From Octopus bimaculoides (taxonomy: Eukaryota): DNA of 53,376 bases. Shown one piece after another: positions 48,891 to 53,376 of the stretch (the stretch's first letter is position 1; every line of letters begins with the position of its first letter). Location of the stretch: the NCBI RefSeq assembly GCF_001194135.2, contig NC_068983.1, positions 53,615,253 through 53,668,628 on the forward strand, written 5' to 3'. Position numbers and translations under genes: made by a program. The notes below the pieces were generated by a model. The model did not search any database. It saw only the letters and a list, made by a program, of their open reading frames with translations, and had not been told where the DNA came from.

Positions 48891-49354
48891 TGCGAGTAAA
48901 ATAAAATGAAGAAAATGAATATATGTATAGTTCTGAAGTGACGTATATACTGAAACGATGTCGTTTAAATCGTTTCCGCTTCAGTTTTTCATTCTACTTC
49001 TTAGAATTTTATGTTCGTCATTCGCATTTGTTTAATGTTGTTTTCCTAAATATTTTCACTTTTTTTTTTATATCGGTACCTTCGAGAGTAATTCTTCCCG
49101 TTTATTGATTCATTTATACACAGTTCATATCCCCTAACTCATTTCTAAATAGTACTAGTGCACTCTCAATGAATAAATGCTTTAATTAGACTAATTTAGA
49201 TGTGCTTTACAACGTTCAGATGAGATTATTTATCACCGTGTATCACTCATAATCATTTTAGGTTTTCTAATTTAATATCTTTCACACTAGAGCACTATGA
49301 GAATATTTTCGCTACCTAACAAGAGAGGATTTTTTTCTTTTTATATTATCTCTT

Positions 49355-49500
49355 GTACGTTCTGGGTGCTTTAGATTTATCCCGTCGCAAATGCTGTCGG
49401 GGTCGATAAAATAAGTACCAGTTGAACACTGGGGTCGATTTAATCGACTTGTCCCCTCCACCGAAATTGCTGGCCTTGTGACAAAATTTGAAACCAGTAT
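49355..49500 (+). mobile_element. SINE family B, 3' half
   Basis: tcggggtcgataaaataagtaccagttgaacactggggtcgat. Confidence 0.75.
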
Positions 49501-51198
49501 TTATCTCTTTGTGACTGACTGCCTTATGGTGACGCTTCGCAAAAACCAGCCTTTTTATACTCCGGTTGAAGAAACGGATAGCCGATCGAAGACTCTTAAT
49601 CCCGCGCAGGTTAAGATACTGGATAACTGAATAGTTCAGAAGTTTGCTTTGCAATCGCAGGGTCGTTGGTTCAATCCTAATGTGTGGTAACTTTTATCAA
49701 AGTTTCGAATTGACCCAAGCTTTATGACAGATACTGATGGTAGTACTTGTAATTTGAAGGTCCAGCCGAAACAGACTCTGTTCTGTTGGTTCTCCTTAGA
49801 AATACGTTAAGAGTAAACACATCCGTAGAATATTCGGCCACTTACACGCTAGTTCAACAAGCAAGAAAACAGGTTGAACGCTCACCTCAATACTCATCGC
49901 CGAAGCCGAAGAAGAGCCATTCACGATAAAGTAAATACACGCATATTTTCTTTACATTGGGTATTGTTGAGATTCATTATTTCCGTTTACTCATTCACAC
50001 AGTTATTGATCATAACAGCAACTAATTTCTTCATAATTGTATGCGATTACCCTTCCCTGAACAGGAATCTACGCATATATCAACGAATCTATTAAATTCG
50101 TTCAGTTATTAAATAAAAGAGAAATAGACTATATTCCATTACTGAATGCAGTCTCTAAATCATAATACAGTAGTCGATTCTGAATTGATAATAAATCTAC
50201 GCCAAAGTATAATTAAAACGACGTTACATTTCCCTTCCTTTCGCAAAATCTATTCCTATATATATACCCAATACAGAAAATATGCGAATACTATATCAAC
50301 TTGGGTTAAGGCCGCTTGTGTCATTCATTCTCCAGTAATAAATTGATGTCTCCTTCTCTGCAAAACTTTTAAGTATTTTATTTACTCTTTACAAATAAAA
50401 GCTGCAATGAGGTTTTAGGGTTAAATCCTATTTTAGTGTGCTAGAGAAACGAAAGTAAAATTGTAGGAAGTAAAAAGAGAAATTGAAACGAAGAAATGGA
50501 CTGTAAATTCTTCACAAAACACACACACAAATTGTTGATGATTGCTGGTAAACTGAAACTTCGAAGTTACTGTAAATATTTTCCTTGTAAAAGTTAAAAA
50601 TATATAGTTTACTAAAAAGTGCTGAGTGATTCGTCAGTTTAATGCTAAATTTTTCACACGTAATTTCACATAAAAACATTCACACACACGCCCGCACGCA
50701 CGGACGTGGCATTTAGTTCATCAAAATACATTTTCTACCACCTGTAGTTCTTCGGGAACCGAAGAACATTATATAGAAGGGCAAATTTATAAGCAACAAG
50801 AGTAAAAAAGGGAAGTACTCCCCTCTCTCTCTCTCTCTCTCGTATACACACACAGAGCATCAGATCACTTGAACATCAGTGATATGCTGATCTGATGAGC
50901 AAGCCTTCTTTATTTGCATTGTTTGTGATGATACGATTGTATTGTACAATGCGTAGCATGCATACTAATACAAACATGTAAACAATTTATTTCACGTTGA
51001 AGTTATTACTGCATGAAGAAGGCTGCGAAACAGCCGTAACCCTAAGGATGCCAAGTGGTTGAATGAATATAGTGATCTTTCATACCTCCTGGCTTTTTAT
51101 GGTTTATATATATACACACACACACGTATATATACTCATAATTTTGAGTTCTGTTTTACCTGTTTGCGTCACCATACCCATATATACATACATATATA

Positions 51199-51440
51199 TA
51201 TAATCATAAATATATAGGGATTAGCAGTATCCTGCTTCTCCAACATACTGAGAATTCAGAAATAGCAGCCAAAGAACTACTGATTCCAAAACTACAAATT
51301 TTTCCCTAATTGATAGCGATATTTATGGTACACACAGAACAAAAAACAGAAGAGAAGAGTAGTTCTTTGGCTGCTATTTCTGAATTCTCAGTATGTTGGA
51401 GAAGCAGGATACTGCTAATCCCTATATATTTATGATTATA
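51199..51440. repeat. Perfect 83-bp inverted repeat with 76-bp spacer
   Basis: 51199-51281 and 51358-51440 are exact reverse complements by eye. Confidence 0.92.
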
Positions 51441-51953
51441 AATGGTTTTACCGATAAGGTTTTTTTCATACTGAGCTACCCGGCAAAATTGTTAATTATT
51501 AATTTTATTACTAATTGACGATTCCCTGCCCTGTATATTTACATATATATATATACATGTATATATACATACACATATGTGTATGTATACACCACACACA
51601 CACACACATACACACACGTAATGTACGGACTGTTTTTATGTTACTTTCTATTATTGAGGGTTATTGAAACGTTAAGTACAATCTTGATTTCTAATGCAAA
51701 CAGAAGTTTGAGATAAACGTATAGCTGGTTGTAGCAATTGTACTACTTGACTGGTATTATAGTTTCATAATAGCAGAAAAGTAAAACGCAAGGTTGACAT
51801 TGGCGGGATTTGAATTCAGAACAAAGCCTGTTATAAAACATTTTGTCCGACGCTTTAACGTGTCGGCCAATCCATTACCAACGCCAGCAAAATACTTTTC
51901 CTATCTTTCAAATTTTGTCACAAGGTCAGCAATGTCAGAGGGTGGGGTCAGTC

Positions 51954-52789
51954 CAGCGCTGGATTAACCATTAAGAAAAATAAGCATGTGCTTAGGGCAT
52001 CAAGGGAAGGAGAGGGTACCACAGAAATGGTAAATGGTATACGGCACAAAAGAAATCACTTTAAACTTGCTAAAATAATATTCATGATGCAAGGCAGCAA
52101 GCTGGCAGAAACGTTAGCACGCCGGGAAGAAATACTTAGTGGTATTTCGTCTGTCTTTACGTTCTGAGTTCATATTCCACCGAGGTCGGCTTTGCCTTTC
52201 ATCCTTTCGGGGTCGATTAAATAAATACCAGTTACGCACTGGGGTCGATATAACCGACTTAATCTGTTTGTCTGTCCTTGTTTGTCCCCTCTGTGTGTAG
52301 CCCCTTGTGGGCAGTAAAGAAATAAGAAACATTAGCACGCCGGGCGAAATGCTTAACGGTATTTCGTCTGTCTTTATGTTCTGAGTTCAAATTCCGCCGA
52401 GGTCGACATTGCCTTTCATCCATTCAGGGGTCGATAAATTAAGTACCAGTTGCGTACTGGGGTCGACCTAATCGATTTGCTCCCTCCCCCAAAATTCATG
52501 ATGCCTTTATCTCTACTAAGTATAGATGCAAATGTGTTACCTAAGATTAATTTTGAGGATTTGTTCAAAGACTTTGATCAAAGTAGGATGAAACATTTCA
52601 AATATAAATAAAGTGGAAGAAAACAAAAATAAACATTATTTTCGTTTTTTCCGTTTTGTTTCATAGTTTGAAAAATAAAAATTTATTTTATGGTTTGTTT
52701 TTGTTTATATTTTTAATTACATAATCTTCCATAGGGGCACCAAAATCTTTCAAGTTCTTAGGGCCTCCATGGGTCTCAATCCGGCCCTG
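51954..52789. mobile_element. hAT-type non-autonomous element inserted into a SINE B copy
   Basis: TIRs cagcgctggatt / aatccggccctg; perfect 8-bp TSD ggtcagtc (51946-51953, 52790-52797). Confidence 0.85.
52091..52493 (+). mobile_element. Dimeric SINE family B with a single TSD
   Basis: 11-bp TSD attcatgatgc at 52080-52090 and 52494-52504; same junction as 12854-13292. Confidence 0.9.
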
Positions 52790-52930
52790 GGTCAGTCAAT
52801 TATACTGACACCAATACAAGACTGATGCTTATTTTATCGATCTCGAAAAGATGAAATGCAAAGTCGACTTGCGCAGGATATGAGCTCAGAACAAAAAGAG
52901 CAGAAGAAATAAAATAGCGCTAAGTATTTT

Positions 52931-53315
52931 GGCGTAGGAGTGGCTCTGTGGTAAGTAGCTTGCTTACGAACCACATGGTTCCGGGTTCAGTCCCACTGCG
53001 TGGCACCTTGGGCAAGTGTCTTCTACTACATCCTCGGGCCGACCAAAGCCTTGTGAGTGGATTTGGTAGACGGAAACTGAAAGAAGCCCGTCGTATATAT
53101 ATATGCGTGTGTGTGTATGTTTGTGTTTGTCCTCCCCAACATCGCTTGACAACCGCTGCTGGTGTGTTTACGTCTCCGTAACTTTGCGGTTCGGCACAAG
53201 AGACCAATAGAATAAGTAGTAGGCTTACAAAGAATAAGTCCTGGGGTCGATTTGCTCGACTAAAGGTGGTGCTCTAGCATGGCCACAGTCAAATGACTGA
53301 AACAAGTAAAAGAGT
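52931..53315 (+). mobile_element. SINE family A, full length
   Basis: tRNA-like head (tggtaag..ggttccgggttcagtccc), central (AT)/(GT) tract, aagtaaaagagtaaa tail. Confidence 0.92.
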
Positions 53316-53376
53316 AAACGTTCTGATAATTCTAATGGCTTGCCGCCTTACGCAAGCTAAATATTCTAATTTTGGC

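Noticed and set aside
14286-53315. tRNA genes at SINE heads
   Set aside because: A/B boxes are present but there is no complete cloverleaf and each runs into a SINE body
1-53376. CRISPR arrays or prokaryotic operons
   Set aside because: No regularly spaced repeat-spacer array; the sequence is eukaryotic in character

Overview
AT-rich, microsatellite-dense eukaryotic scaffold with ten N-gaps. The SINE families look like those of Octopus-type cephalopods; this is my recognition, not a database result. The window is mostly transposon-derived: several tRNA-type SINE families, Penelope-like element (PLE) relics, CRE-, R4-like, RTE and CR1 non-LTR relics, two Tigger/pogo relics, a Merlin relic, and hAT and piggyBac-type MITEs. 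One fairly convincing spliced coding exon (34872-35048, minus) and several weaker candidates suggest the window lies within a large-intron minus-strand gene I cannot name. The most interesting signal is a set of unrelated type-I hammerhead ribozyme (HHR) motifs in PLE-type terminal repeats, mostly in inverted fold-back junctions, most with a family-specific palindromic stem III. They include an intact-core HHR at 12155-12237 (+), a 524-bp tandem retrozyme-like unit with HHRs at 10814-10878 and 11349-11413 (-), and a candidate natural G3:C8 core-swap HHR inside a 304-bp insertion with a 13-bp target-site duplication (TSD) at 31913-32216. All structures were read by eye, activity is untested, and relic boundaries are approximate.
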